The notes under the pieces are model-generated. The model searched no databases, had not been told where the DNA came from, and saw only the letters and a list, made by a program, of their open reading frames with translations. Below, in pieces: positions 1 to 8,366 of a stretch of DNA of 32,000 nt (within the stretch, counting starts at the first letter, position 1; each line of letters starts with the position of its first letter). The translations under genes and the position numbers were made by a program. Location of the stretch: the NCBI GenBank assembly GCA_965197525.1, contig OZ240211.1, positions 536,251 to 568,250 of the forward strand. Reading direction: 5' to 3'. Source of the stretch: Nitrosopumilus sp. (lineage in GTDB: Archaea; Thermoproteota; Nitrososphaeria; Nitrososphaerales; Nitrosopumilaceae).

Positions 1-388
1 TGCCTCTCGAGATGTCAAGCCAACTTCGGCAAGACCCCGAAATATTTCAGAGACATCCTCAAGTACCACCCAGTGAAGCTGAATATTCTCCCGAGTGGAG
101 AAATGTGCGCTTCCAATAGAGTACTGTTCACTTAGTTGAGATATCTTTTCGAGTTGTTCGGGATACACCTCGCCTGCAGGGAGTTTGATTCTTACCATTG
201 CATAGTCAGAGGTCATCCTAGTGCCATACGCTCCGTGCTGGAGTCTAAATCGTCTGAAACTATCCTCAGAGTACTTGCCCTGACGGAATAATTTTACTGT
301 GGCAGCAAAGTTATCGGCCTCTTCAATTCTAGCCCAATTGATAGAGGGTTTTGAAATATGTTGTACTTTGGTATCAGACAAGGTCAAT
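1..388 (-). CDS. Sulfite/nitrite reductase (ferredoxin-type sirohaem/4Fe-4S hemoprotein), N-terminal part; the gene runs off the window start
   Basis: This ORF is not in the supplied track because it is open to the window edge. My own minus-strand translation from TTG at 388 (alternative TTG at 382) gives LTLSDTKVQHISKPSINWARIEEADNFAATVKLFRQGKYSEDSFRRFRLQHGAYGTRMTSDYAMVRIKLPAGEVYPEQLEKISQLSEQYSIGSAHFSTRENIQLHWVVLEDVSEIFRGLAEVGLTSREA with no stop. The FRRFRLQHGxYGxR ... RIKxPxG ... TRxNIQLHW pattern is typical of the N-terminus of the nitrite/sulfite reductase family. Confidence 0.65.
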
Positions 389-527
389 GTAAAGAAAATC
401 CATAGAGCGGTTATAAATTTTTAAGAATAGGATATTATTGACTAAAAAATTTGTAAATATACAGAATATTCCTATTTTAACGCATAATACTCAAACATCC
501 ATATCATATTTTGAAGATATTGTATAG

Positions 528-1937
528 GGGTTCTGTCTAATCATAGTGAGATAAAATCTAAACTCCGAAAAAAAGTTTTGTTGTAATATTAACAAAGTGT
601 CTTTTTCCCATCAGTTGACTTTGACATATCGACTATTTGGATTACCGGTGTACAGGGTTCCAACATCGCTAACTCAAAAACATTAGACTTCGCTTCACTT
701 ATGCCAACTCTACTATCCCTAAACCTAGGGGACAGTTTGTGAGGTATATTTATAGCAGCAATAACGTCTCTGTCCATAAACAACCCACAATTATTGCACG
801 ACTTTTTACGATGGTGTTGCAAGTCCTCTTGGAGTTTCTTTCCGCATCTTGGACATTGCGAGCTCGTGTTTTTTGGGTCTACAAATTTTACTGGAAGCCC
901 TACCCATTGGGCTTTGTATTGTATTTGTCTTTGAAATTCAAAGAATTGCCATCCGTTTAATCTACGTCTGTACTTGTTACCTTGACCATTGCCTTTCTTG
1001 TATAATTTTCTTATTCCTTTTAGATCTTCTAGAATAATCATGGTTTTGTTTTTGACTGCTCGTTCTACAATATCTTTTGAGATTCTATGTATGTATTGTT
1101 TGGTTCTTTGAGACATTCTTCTCTGCTTTATCTTCCAGAACTGATCTTTCTTTCTACGGTCATTTCTATGAAATCCAGCTCTAGCGTGTATTGTATTTTC
1201 TTTAATTGATAGTAATTTATTTGTCTTGTATACTATAACTTTTTTCTCATTCCCACAAGTGACATTTCTAAGATTTCTGTCTAATTCCTACCGGTACATT
1301 AGTACATTCTATTTCTTCAACTTTTTTTGAAACACAAAAACTGATACTTTTTTCATTCATAATAAATGATCTTATATTTAAATCAGGATTAGATAGTATT
1401 TTTTGAGTGTGATCATTTAATAATATGTTTATGGGGTTTCTATTTTTGTATGGTATTGTCATTAAACTACCATTATGTTTGATACCATAACAATTTGTAA
1501 TAAATAACTTTTTTACAACTAGGTCTCTTACTGTAACACCACGCTTTATTGACTGTTTTCTGTTAGATAGTATGCCAACAGCACGTGATATTGCATTTAT
1601 TTTATATGAACCTAAAACATCATAGTCTCTAAATTCATGATAACAAAGTGGAGACAACTGTTTCAAACTATGTACGTCTTCTCTTAACCCTATTCTAATG
1701 GAACGATTTACCATTTTTATGAATATCTCCATCAACTCTTTTAGATCAGAATTTGGTGTATGTTTCTGTGTTATTGATTTTAATGCCTTCATACTACTAG
1801 AACATGTTTTATTTTTTTAATAAAGGTACTTTTTTTGAAATTATTTTTATTCTTTGCCACTTGATAATCCAATAAAACCATTATTTGTTATTGTAAATCT
1901 AGATAAAAATTTATCTCCCTATAAATAGACAGAACAC
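528..1937 (-). mobile_element. TnpB-only insertion element, family 1, copy A (tnpB inactivated by a frameshift)
   Basis: Termini GGGTTCTGTCTA (528..539) and TAGACAGAACAC (1926..1937) form a 12-bp inverted repeat with one mismatch. The flanking direct repeat is TGTATAG(G) at 521..527/528 and 1938..1944/1945. A subterminal palindrome AGATAAAAATTTATCT lies at 1901..1916. The body is one disrupted tnpB gene. Confidence 0.7.
589..1792 (-). pseudogene. tnpB: tnpB (IS605 OrfB-type RNA-guided nuclease family) split by a 1-nt insertion
   Basis: Track ORFs 1268..1792 (N-terminal part) and 589..1116 (C-terminal part with ILEDLKG, CPRCG..CNNCG, DRDVIAAINI) belong to one gene. Compared with copy C, copy A reads GGAATTAGAC where C reads GGAATAGAC (plus strand about 1281..1288). 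Removing one T restores GIDRNLRNVTCGNEKKVIVYKTNKLLSIKENTIHARAGFHRNDRRKKDQFWKIKQRRMSQRTKQYIHRI, with no stop across 1117..1267. Confidence 0.8.
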
Positions 1938-1955
1938 TGTATAGGTAAGTATTAA

Positions 1956-2798
1956 TTGTTTATGCTACAAGAATACAATATGCAAAAGGCGACCATAGCA
2001 GAGCAATCAACTAAGATATTTACAGATGTTCGTGAAGTAGATATTACACGTGCAATTGCAGATGAATTTCACAGTGTACTCGTCGATAGAGCAGATTCAG
2101 ATGTTATAATAATTGGAGCAGGGCCTGCAGGGCTAACTGCAAGCAGAGAACTATCAAACATGGGTTTTAAAGTTCTAGTCATTGAACAAAATAACTATCT
2201 AGGAGGAGGTTATTGGCTGGGAGGATATATGATGAATCCAGTCACAGTAAGAGAACCGGCACAGAAGATTTGGGATGAGCTGGGAATACCCTACAAAAAA
2301 GTTGCAGATGGATTGTATTTGACGCCAGGTCCACATGCCGTATCAAAATTGATTGCAGCAGCATGTGATGCAGGAGTAAAGTTCCTCAATCTTACAAAAT
2401 TCGACGATCTAGTTATGAAAAATAATAGGGTTGCAGGAATTGTAGTTAACTGGATGCCGGTATCAGCATTACCACGCAACATTACATGTGTAGATCCAGT
2501 TGCATTTGAGGCAAAGATAATCATTGATGCATCAGGCCATGATTCAGTAGCTGTAAAAAGATTGGTAGATAGAGGACTAGTCAACTGGAAAGGAATGAAC
2601 CCAATGTATGTCAACGAAGGAGAAGAACACGTGGTAAACAAGACAGGCGAGGTATACCCAGGACTAATTGCAGCAGGGATGTCAGTGACTGAAACACACG
2701 GATTGGCAAGGATGGGACCTACATTTGGTTCAATGCTTTACTCTGGTAAAAAAGCAGCAGATATTACAGCAATGAAGATCAAAGAGATGGAAAGATAA
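1956..2798 (+). CDS. thi4: Thiamine thiazole synthase (Thi4 family)
   Basis: A Rossmann dinucleotide motif VIIIGAGPAGLTA is followed by VLVIEQNNYLGGG, IIIDASGHDS and GMSVTETHGLARMGPTFGSMLYSGKKAA, as in archaeal/eukaryotic Thi4. The start is uncertain: TTG 1956, ATG 1962 or ATG 1980. Confidence 0.85.
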   Translation: MFMLQEYNMQKATIAEQSTKIFTDVREVDITRAIADEFHSVLVDRADSDVIIIGAGPAGLTASRELSNMGFKVLVIEQNNYLGGGYWLGGYMMNPVTVREPAQKIWDELGIPYKKVADGLYLTPGPHAVSKLIAAACDAGVKFLNLTKFDDLVMKNNRVAGIVVNWMPVSALPRNITCVDPVAFEAKIIIDASGHDSVAVKRLVDRGLVNWKGMNPMYVNEGEEHVVNKTGEVYPGLIAAGMSVTETHGLARMGPTFGSMLYSGKKAADITAMKIKEMER

Positions 2799-2988
2799 GC
2801 GATAACAAAGTTCAGATATAATGTAACATGTTCAAAAACTAGATTTTTTTCAAATAACATCCAGATCAAGCACAAAAATAGATGCAGTTAGAAGATTGTG
2901 AAAATAACGTACGACGAATACGAACTAGGAAAAACAAAGGATAAAAGTAGAAAAAAATGAATAGCGTGTCATCTGCAGATGATCGGCA

Positions 2989-3843
2989 ATGCCTGAAATA
3001 TCTAAGATTATTTTATATGACGAGGCGGCAGTTTCTGAAACTCAACTAGACGACATAAAGAAATTCATAGCTGATACGTTTTCAATAAAGGTAGAATCAA
3101 AAAGAGGCATAGTTCAAACACTGAATAACTCAGATGACAAAAATAAGATATTAGAAGAAATATCAAGTACAAAAATTTTTGATTTAAAAAAACAGTTTCA
3201 AAAACAAAAAAATGTTTTGGCAAATACGAATATACAAACAGAGATAGTAAAAAAAAATATCATAAATAACAGTGTGGCAGCAATAAAAGAAAGCAATAAT
3301 GCAATGACGACATTGTATGACGGATTTGAATTACAAAAGACTATTACAAAATTCCTTCCAAAAGACGAGGATGCGATAGATATCTTGCATGTAATTGTTA
3401 CAAACAAACTTGTATGTACATTTGATGATGAAGACTATAGATATCATGCAAGAGCGTTAATTAGCGCAAATCCCACGATAATTTCAACAAGCGGGATTGT
3501 TGAAGCTCCTGCAAAGCCAAAGCAATACTATATTGACATGATTACATGCTATTCAAAAGAGCAGAGCCGAGAGATCAATGCAAGATATCAAGATGAGTTT
3601 TTAAAATATAATGATTCAAGATTAAACGATGTCATAAAAGGATACGTGCTACAGGCCATAATATATTATTATTATGCAGAAGAAGCATTTTGTAAGAATA
3701 AAGAATGTAGACTGTTTAATGCACATTGGCAAAAAGATCTGATTTATTCACAGGTTACAAACAAAAAGTTTTGTAAAAAACATGCAGATATGATAGATAA
3801 ACTCAAGGATAGATGTTCTGCAAAGTCAGCTGGAGACAAATAG
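2989..3843 (+). CDS. Hypothetical protein with a C-terminal Cys/His cluster
   Basis: This 284-aa ORF has an ATG start and no competing ORF of similar size. The C-terminus carries CKNKEC...H...CKKH. I recognise no family. Confidence 0.5.
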   Translation: MPEISKIILYDEAAVSETQLDDIKKFIADTFSIKVESKRGIVQTLNNSDDKNKILEEISSTKIFDLKKQFQKQKNVLANTNIQTEIVKKNIINNSVAAIKESNNAMTTLYDGFELQKTITKFLPKDEDAIDILHVIVTNKLVCTFDDEDYRYHARALISANPTIISTSGIVEAPAKPKQYYIDMITCYSKEQSREINARYQDEFLKYNDSRLNDVIKGYVLQAIIYYYYAEEAFCKNKECRLFNAHWQKDLIYSQVTNKKFCKKHADMIDKLKDRCSAKSAGDK

Positions 3844-3914
3844 TTTTGTTGAGAAACCATACCATAGGGCACAAAATGTTAAAAAATACAAAAAATCATT
3901 CTTCAAGTAATAAA

Positions 3915-4940
3915 TTACTCTACAACCGACGAACCAAATACATAACCTAATCTAAGAACAAGCCAAATACGTTCTGACTCTTCATCAGCTGTATCAGGAT
4001 CGTCATAGACTATCCAAGTCCGACGATGATCTTGAAGATCAGCCATAATATCTTCAGACGAACGTGCTGTATTATCAAGTATGTCTGATGTTTGTCCTTT
4101 GGCGTTTTGGTCAGAACCATCTGCCACTATGGTGTAATCATCAGAGTCCAAGACAAACAAGTGGTTGGTACTAGTACTGCTGTCTAATCCATTAATAGTT
4201 GCAAATGTTAGTGTTGTGCCCTTGTCTCTGAACAGATCAAGGTATTCATCAACTATATTTTGAGCTCTAACGGCAGAGGTCAGATAGTATCCGGAACCAA
4301 ATATGTAATCATCATGTAATAACAGTCGAGTATGTTTGATGTGAGGGGTATTATTAAACTCAATAGTATATTCAACCCAAGTAGCGCCGTTAAGTGCAAG
4401 ATCTTCTAGTATCTAGCTGTTCGGCCTGTCAGGATTTGCAAGAATATCTAAAAGCGGTACAGGAACATCATCACCTGCATCAGATACAATATTCATGTCA
4501 GAATCCAGTATGAATGGGAACGTGGGACCAAGATACAATAGCGTAGGCAAGTTCAAATAATAAATGATGCCAGGAAGTGCATCATATAAATTTGCGTATG
4601 CTTTTGTTAGAGATTCAACTATAAGTTTAGAAGGAACATAGTAGCCAGAACCATAGTAGCCATTGCTATAAACTAGTGTGGCTTCTTTGTGTTGTATTGT
4701 ATTAGTTGCAGGATTGATAAATGGATATCTTAATATTATTTCATCAGATAATGCGCGAAAATCAAACCTATCTACGTTAATATTTCCATTGAAGAGGAAA
4801 TCACTAGCGTTTGTGTTTACAAGATCAGGATATGCACCTTCTGCAACCACGGTTAATGTATCAGCATCAATAACAAACGGATATGGCGAATCATCAACAC
4901 TATTCAATCCGTTGATGGTATCAAACACTGCTTGTCCGTC
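3915..4940 (-). pseudogene. Decayed paralog of the Cache-like repeat region of the 1019-aa secreted protein (in-frame TAG, N-terminus missing)
   Basis: Track ORFs 4413..4928 and 3915..4160 are in one frame. My translation of 4161..4412 (ILEDLALNGATWVEYTIEFNNTPHIKHTRLLLHDDYIFGSGYYLTSAVRAQNIVDEYLDLFRDKGTTLTFATINGLDSSTSTNH) joins them, interrupted only by TAG at 4413..4415. It contains three units of the type YPFVIDxD...GSGYY, like those in 12988..16047. The frame is closed by TAA just upstream of 4940, with no ATG and no signal peptide. Confidence 0.7.
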
Positions 4941-5098
4941 ATGATATTAAATAATGACTAGTACCATATGGATTGAATTGTAAATCCGCGCATTACTATA
5001 GCATAATTCAAATCTCCATTTGATTGGGCCCTCGAGATTGTTTCTGACTAATGAGAATAGTATATTGACTTAAATTATTGAAAGAAAAGATATAGCAT

Positions 5099-6124
5099 AT
5101 GATGGCAGCAGATGCTGGAACGACAGCAATGATACAAACAAAGGGAGACGAGGGAGGCAAAGACAAAGGGCCAGCAGTGCCAGAGAGGAAAAAGACAAAA
5201 TTCGATGTTATAATCATTGGAGCAGGCCCTTCAGGATATACTGCAGGAATTTACTGTTCTAGAGCAGGGTATGAAACCTTGATTTTATCAGGAATACTAC
5301 CAGGAGGGCAGCTAGTCAACACAACAGACGTAGAGAACTATCCGGGATTTGAAGATGGTATAATGGGTCCAGATTTGATGATCGAGATGAGAAAACAAAC
5401 TCAAAGAATGGGAACAACGATTATCGATGATGAGGTAGTAGATGTAGATTTTAGACGAAGACCGTTAAAAGTACTAACAGCATCAGAAGAATACGAAGGA
5501 CGTGCTGTCATCATTGCAACAGGTGCAAATCCAAAAAAGATGGGGTTAGAAGGAGAGACAACATTTGCAGGAAAAGGTGTATCGTACTGTGCAACATGCG
5601 ATGGGCCATTCTTTAGAAATCAGGAAATAATAGTTGTTGGAGGGGGAGACTCTGCAATAGAAGAAGCAACATTTTTGACAAAATTTGCAACTAACGTACA
5701 TCTAGTACATAGACGAGATGAATTACGTGCCAGTAAGGTAATGCAGAAAAGAGCAACGAATAATGAAAAGATAAAGTTCCATTGGAATTCAGTTATAACT
5801 CAAATAAATGGAGATCAGAAGATGAAACAAGTGACGTTAAAGAACATCAAGACAGACAAAGAGACAGTACTTGATGCAGGTGCTTTGTTTGTTGCAATTG
5901 GACATACACCAAATACAAAATTATTCAGTAGTCAAATTGAACTAGATGAACAAGGATACATCATATTAAAAGAAAAAACATCTACCAATATTCAAGGAGT
6001 CTTTGCAGCAGGTGATGTGCATGACAAGAATTATCGACAAGCAGTTACAGCAGCAGGATATGGATGTATGGCAGCAATTGATGTTGACAAGTATCTCACA
6101 GAAAGTGTAGATACACAAGAATGA
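5099..6124 (+). CDS. trxB: Thioredoxin-disulfide reductase
   Basis: FAD motif VIIIGAGPSGYTAG, redox-active CATCDG, NADPH motif VVGGGDSAIEEA and C-terminal FAAGDV, all in low-molecular-weight TrxR order. Confidence 0.9.
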   Translation: MMAADAGTTAMIQTKGDEGGKDKGPAVPERKKTKFDVIIIGAGPSGYTAGIYCSRAGYETLILSGILPGGQLVNTTDVENYPGFEDGIMGPDLMIEMRKQTQRMGTTIIDDEVVDVDFRRRPLKVLTASEEYEGRAVIIATGANPKKMGLEGETTFAGKGVSYCATCDGPFFRNQEIIVVGGGDSAIEEATFLTKFATNVHLVHRRDELRASKVMQKRATNNEKIKFHWNSVITQINGDQKMKQVTLKNIKTDKETVLDAGALFVAIGHTPNTKLFSSQIELDEQGYIILKEKTSTNIQGVFAAGDVHDKNYRQAVTAAGYGCMAAIDVDKYLTESVDTQE

Positions 6125-6283
6125 TTTGATGTCAACAAGTATTTTAAAAATTTACAACTTGATATATAGATAGAACACTATATTGTATCAAGGAAAATAA
6201 TAGAGATAACTAGGATTATAGGATGAGACAGTATATTAAAAATAAAAATTCAAATTCTTATTACATGTATAAATATACAAAGT

Positions 6284-6757
6284 ATGAAAGAGAAGACAAA
6301 TGATCAAAGAAAACAAATGAAAGAATGCAGTGATGTATTAGCAGAGATAGGATCAGAATTAGCCAATATACAATTTAGTTACAAGGTAAAAGAGATAGCC
6401 TCAAAGGAGTATTGGGAAAGCAGAATTGACCATTTTAAGAGATATACCGAAAAAGGATTAGAATATTACAATCAAGCGTATAACATGATGAATATGATAA
6501 ATAGATATGAGGCACAGATGTTTTTATTAAATATAAGTAAATTCAGACAACAAAGTAAGGCATTAGTTAAAGTTATGGAAAAGATAATTGAGAATCCATC
6601 AATAATCGATTATAAAGATAAACAGCAAAGCAGATGGAGTAGAGAGATCAAAAATCGGATAATACAGGATAGCGATAATGCTTTACAGCATGAAAAGAGA
6701 ATGAACACCATATTTAGAGAATTTTGTGATAAACATTTGAAAGATATGGAAAAGTAA
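6284..6757 (+). CDS. Hypothetical protein, charged and probably helical
   Basis: This 157-aa ORF is the only sizeable ORF in this interval. It is K/E/Q-rich and I recognise no motif. Confidence 0.4.
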   Translation: MKEKTNDQRKQMKECSDVLAEIGSELANIQFSYKVKEIASKEYWESRIDHFKRYTEKGLEYYNQAYNMMNMINRYEAQMFLLNISKFRQQSKALVKVMEKIIENPSIIDYKDKQQSRWSREIKNRIIQDSDNALQHEKRMNTIFREFCDKHLKDMEK

Positions 6758-6829
6758 TCATTATTGTTGAATTAGCGGGTTATCAAGACTGTTGTTGTTG
6801 TTGTTATTGCCATCTATTGCTATTGTTGT

Positions 6830-7813
6830 CTAATATTCCAATTTAGACATGTATTTTGCAGATGTAACATAATTATCAAATTCGTCTGCAGTCATGACAT
6901 TCTGGTCTGTGTAAATGCTTTTGAATTTTCTTCCATCATCAGCAAAGATTCCCACAACACATGCATCTTTAGAAACAGGATATTTTTTCATACATGCATA
7001 AACAGCTGCAGATGACGGACTAATCAACAGTTGATCCTCCTGAAACACCGTAGTTACTACAGAGAATGCCTCATTATTATCAGCATATATCCAATCATCA
7101 ACTACATTTTCTCGTTTTAAGAATAGATCAGGTTTTGCAGATTCGTCAAAATTTCTCAATCCTTGAATAAGATGATTTTGCTGGGGTTGGCAGCCAATAA
7201 TTTTTACATCCGGATTTTTACTTTTAAGAAAAGCACCAACGCCGGTAATCGTACCACCAGTGCCAACACCAGTAAAAAAATGAGTTGCTTTGCCATCAGT
7301 CTGTTTCCAGATCTCAGGCCCTGTTCCAATATAATGTCCTTTAAAATTTGCCTCATTAGCGTATTGATTTGGAGAGTAATATGTTTCAGGTCTAGATGAT
7401 GCAATGGATGTTGCAAGTGCAATACTTTGATCAGTACCAGAACCTACTTTAGGGCACAAGTCATCGCTTGTCTCAAATATTTTAGCACCCAATCTTCTGA
7501 TTATGTCTTTTGTCTCATTACTTGCTTTCTCAGGAATTACAATCTCAACTTTATAGTCCAATGCATTTGCAATCCCAGTTAGGGCAATACCAGTATTGCC
7601 TGAAGTTGGCTCTATAATTATACTGGATCCTTTTTTTAAAATTTGTCTCTCTTCAGCGTCTTTGATCATTTGATATGCAGCTCTATCTTTAACAGAGCCA
7701 AATGGGTTATGGCCCTCTAATTTGGCAAAATAATTTATTGTGTCATGAGACAGTGAATCCAACCTTACAAGAGGAGTATTTCCTATACGATTTATCACAT
7801 CAGCAATTGCCAT
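6830..7813 (-). CDS. cysK: Cysteine synthase family PLP enzyme (CysK/CysM/O-phosphoserine sulfhydrylase type)
   Basis: IGNTPLVRL, PLP-lysine context NPFGSVKDRAA, EPTSGNTGIAL and GVGTGGTITG are the classic fold-type II tryptophan-synthase-beta-like cysteine synthase motifs. Confidence 0.85.
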   Translation of the reverse strand: MAIADVINRIGNTPLVRLDSLSHDTINYFAKLEGHNPFGSVKDRAAYQMIKDAEERQILKKGSSIIIEPTSGNTGIALTGIANALDYKVEIVIPEKASNETKDIIRRLGAKIFETSDDLCPKVGSGTDQSIALATSIASSRPETYYSPNQYANEANFKGHYIGTGPEIWKQTDGKATHFFTGVGTGGTITGVGAFLKSKNPDVKIIGCQPQQNHLIQGLRNFDESAKPDLFLKRENVVDDWIYADNNEAFSVVTTVFQEDQLLISPSSAAVYACMKKYPVSKDACVVGIFADDGRKFKSIYTDQNVMTADEFDNYVTSAKYMSKLEY

Positions 7814-7821
7814 ACTAAGAA

Positions 7822-8085
7822 CTATCTCACTTTTTTAATTTGAAACGTAATGGTGTTACCGTCTTTTGATAAATTCAGTAATTCATGACCGTTTCTAGTA
7901 ACCCATCTTGAAATATCTTCCTCAGCTGCTGGATCATCAGCAGATACGGTTATTACCTGACCTACCTGCATCTTTTCAATCTCAATTTTTGTTCTAAATA
8001 CAGGTTCAGGACAGAACAGTCCGGTTGCATCTAGTGTTTTTTCAGGCGATTCTGACATGAACAGATGACAATATTGATTTGTCAT
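7822..8085 (-). CDS. tusA: TusA/SirA-like sulfur carrier protein
   Basis: LDATGLFCPEPV matches the TusA active-site Cys-Pro motif, and ADDPAAEEDI follows as in TusA. The true start may be the internal ATG giving MSESPEKTLD (about 8058), which yields 78 aa. Confidence 0.8.
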   Translation of the reverse strand: MTNQYCHLFMSESPEKTLDATGLFCPEPVFRTKIEIEKMQVGQVITVSADDPAAEEDISRWVTRNGHELLNLSKDGNTITFQIKKVR

Positions 8086-8125
8086 ATTAAAATCTATTTG
8101 AACGCTTTTGATGTCGCATTACAGC

Positions 8126-8266
8126 CATCACCATCATCACCATCATCACCATCACCATCATCACCATCACCATCATCACCATCACCATCATCATCACCAT
8201 CATCACCATCACCATCATCACCATCACCATCATCACCATCACCATCATCATCACCATCATCACCAT
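8126..8266. repeat. (CAT/CAC)n trinucleotide tandem repeat, 47 units, with a 57-bp higher-order unit
   Basis: Read directly from the sequence. Codons 4-22 and 23-41 of the run are identical 19-codon blocks. The plus strand has no G from 8125 to 8281. Confidence 0.95.
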
Positions 8267-8366
8267 TCAACACTAAAACAAGTAGACAAGTCATCAAGTT
8301 AACAAAATTCAGATCTAAAATACTATATACGTTATAAACAACAAAACGTGATTCAGTATTTTAAAT

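Noticed and set aside
1268-1290. The junction in tnpB copy A might be a programmed ribosomal frameshift.
   Set aside because: There is no slippery heptamer or obvious downstream structure. Copy C is in a single frame, so a simple 1-nt insertion explains the break.
4413-4415. The in-frame TAG might be a recoded (pyrrolysine or read-through) codon in the Cache-like paralog.
   Set aside because: No pyl genes are visible and pyrrolysine is not known in this lineage. The gene also lacks a start codon and an N-terminal leader, so pseudogenisation is the simpler reading.
6166-6178. ATAGATAGAACAC resembles the copy-A terminus ATAGACAGAACAC, so I considered a solo family-1 end downstream of trxB.
   Set aside because: It is only about 13 bp with a mismatch, in AT-rich DNA, with no adjacent element sequence. 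A chance match cannot be excluded without genome-wide statistics.
6781-6830. A short TGT/TGC-rich tract (GTTGTTGTTGTTGTTATTGCC...) lies downstream of the cysteine synthase stop.
   Set aside because: It is a very short, imperfect simple repeat in a 3-prime intergenic region, with nothing to suggest function beyond possibly contributing T-rich termination signals.
8126-8266. I considered whether the tandem repeats at 8126..8266 and 22397..22498 could be CRISPR arrays.
   Set aside because: The units are 3-19 bp and contiguous, with no unique spacers, and there are no cas genes in the window. They are micro- or minisatellites.
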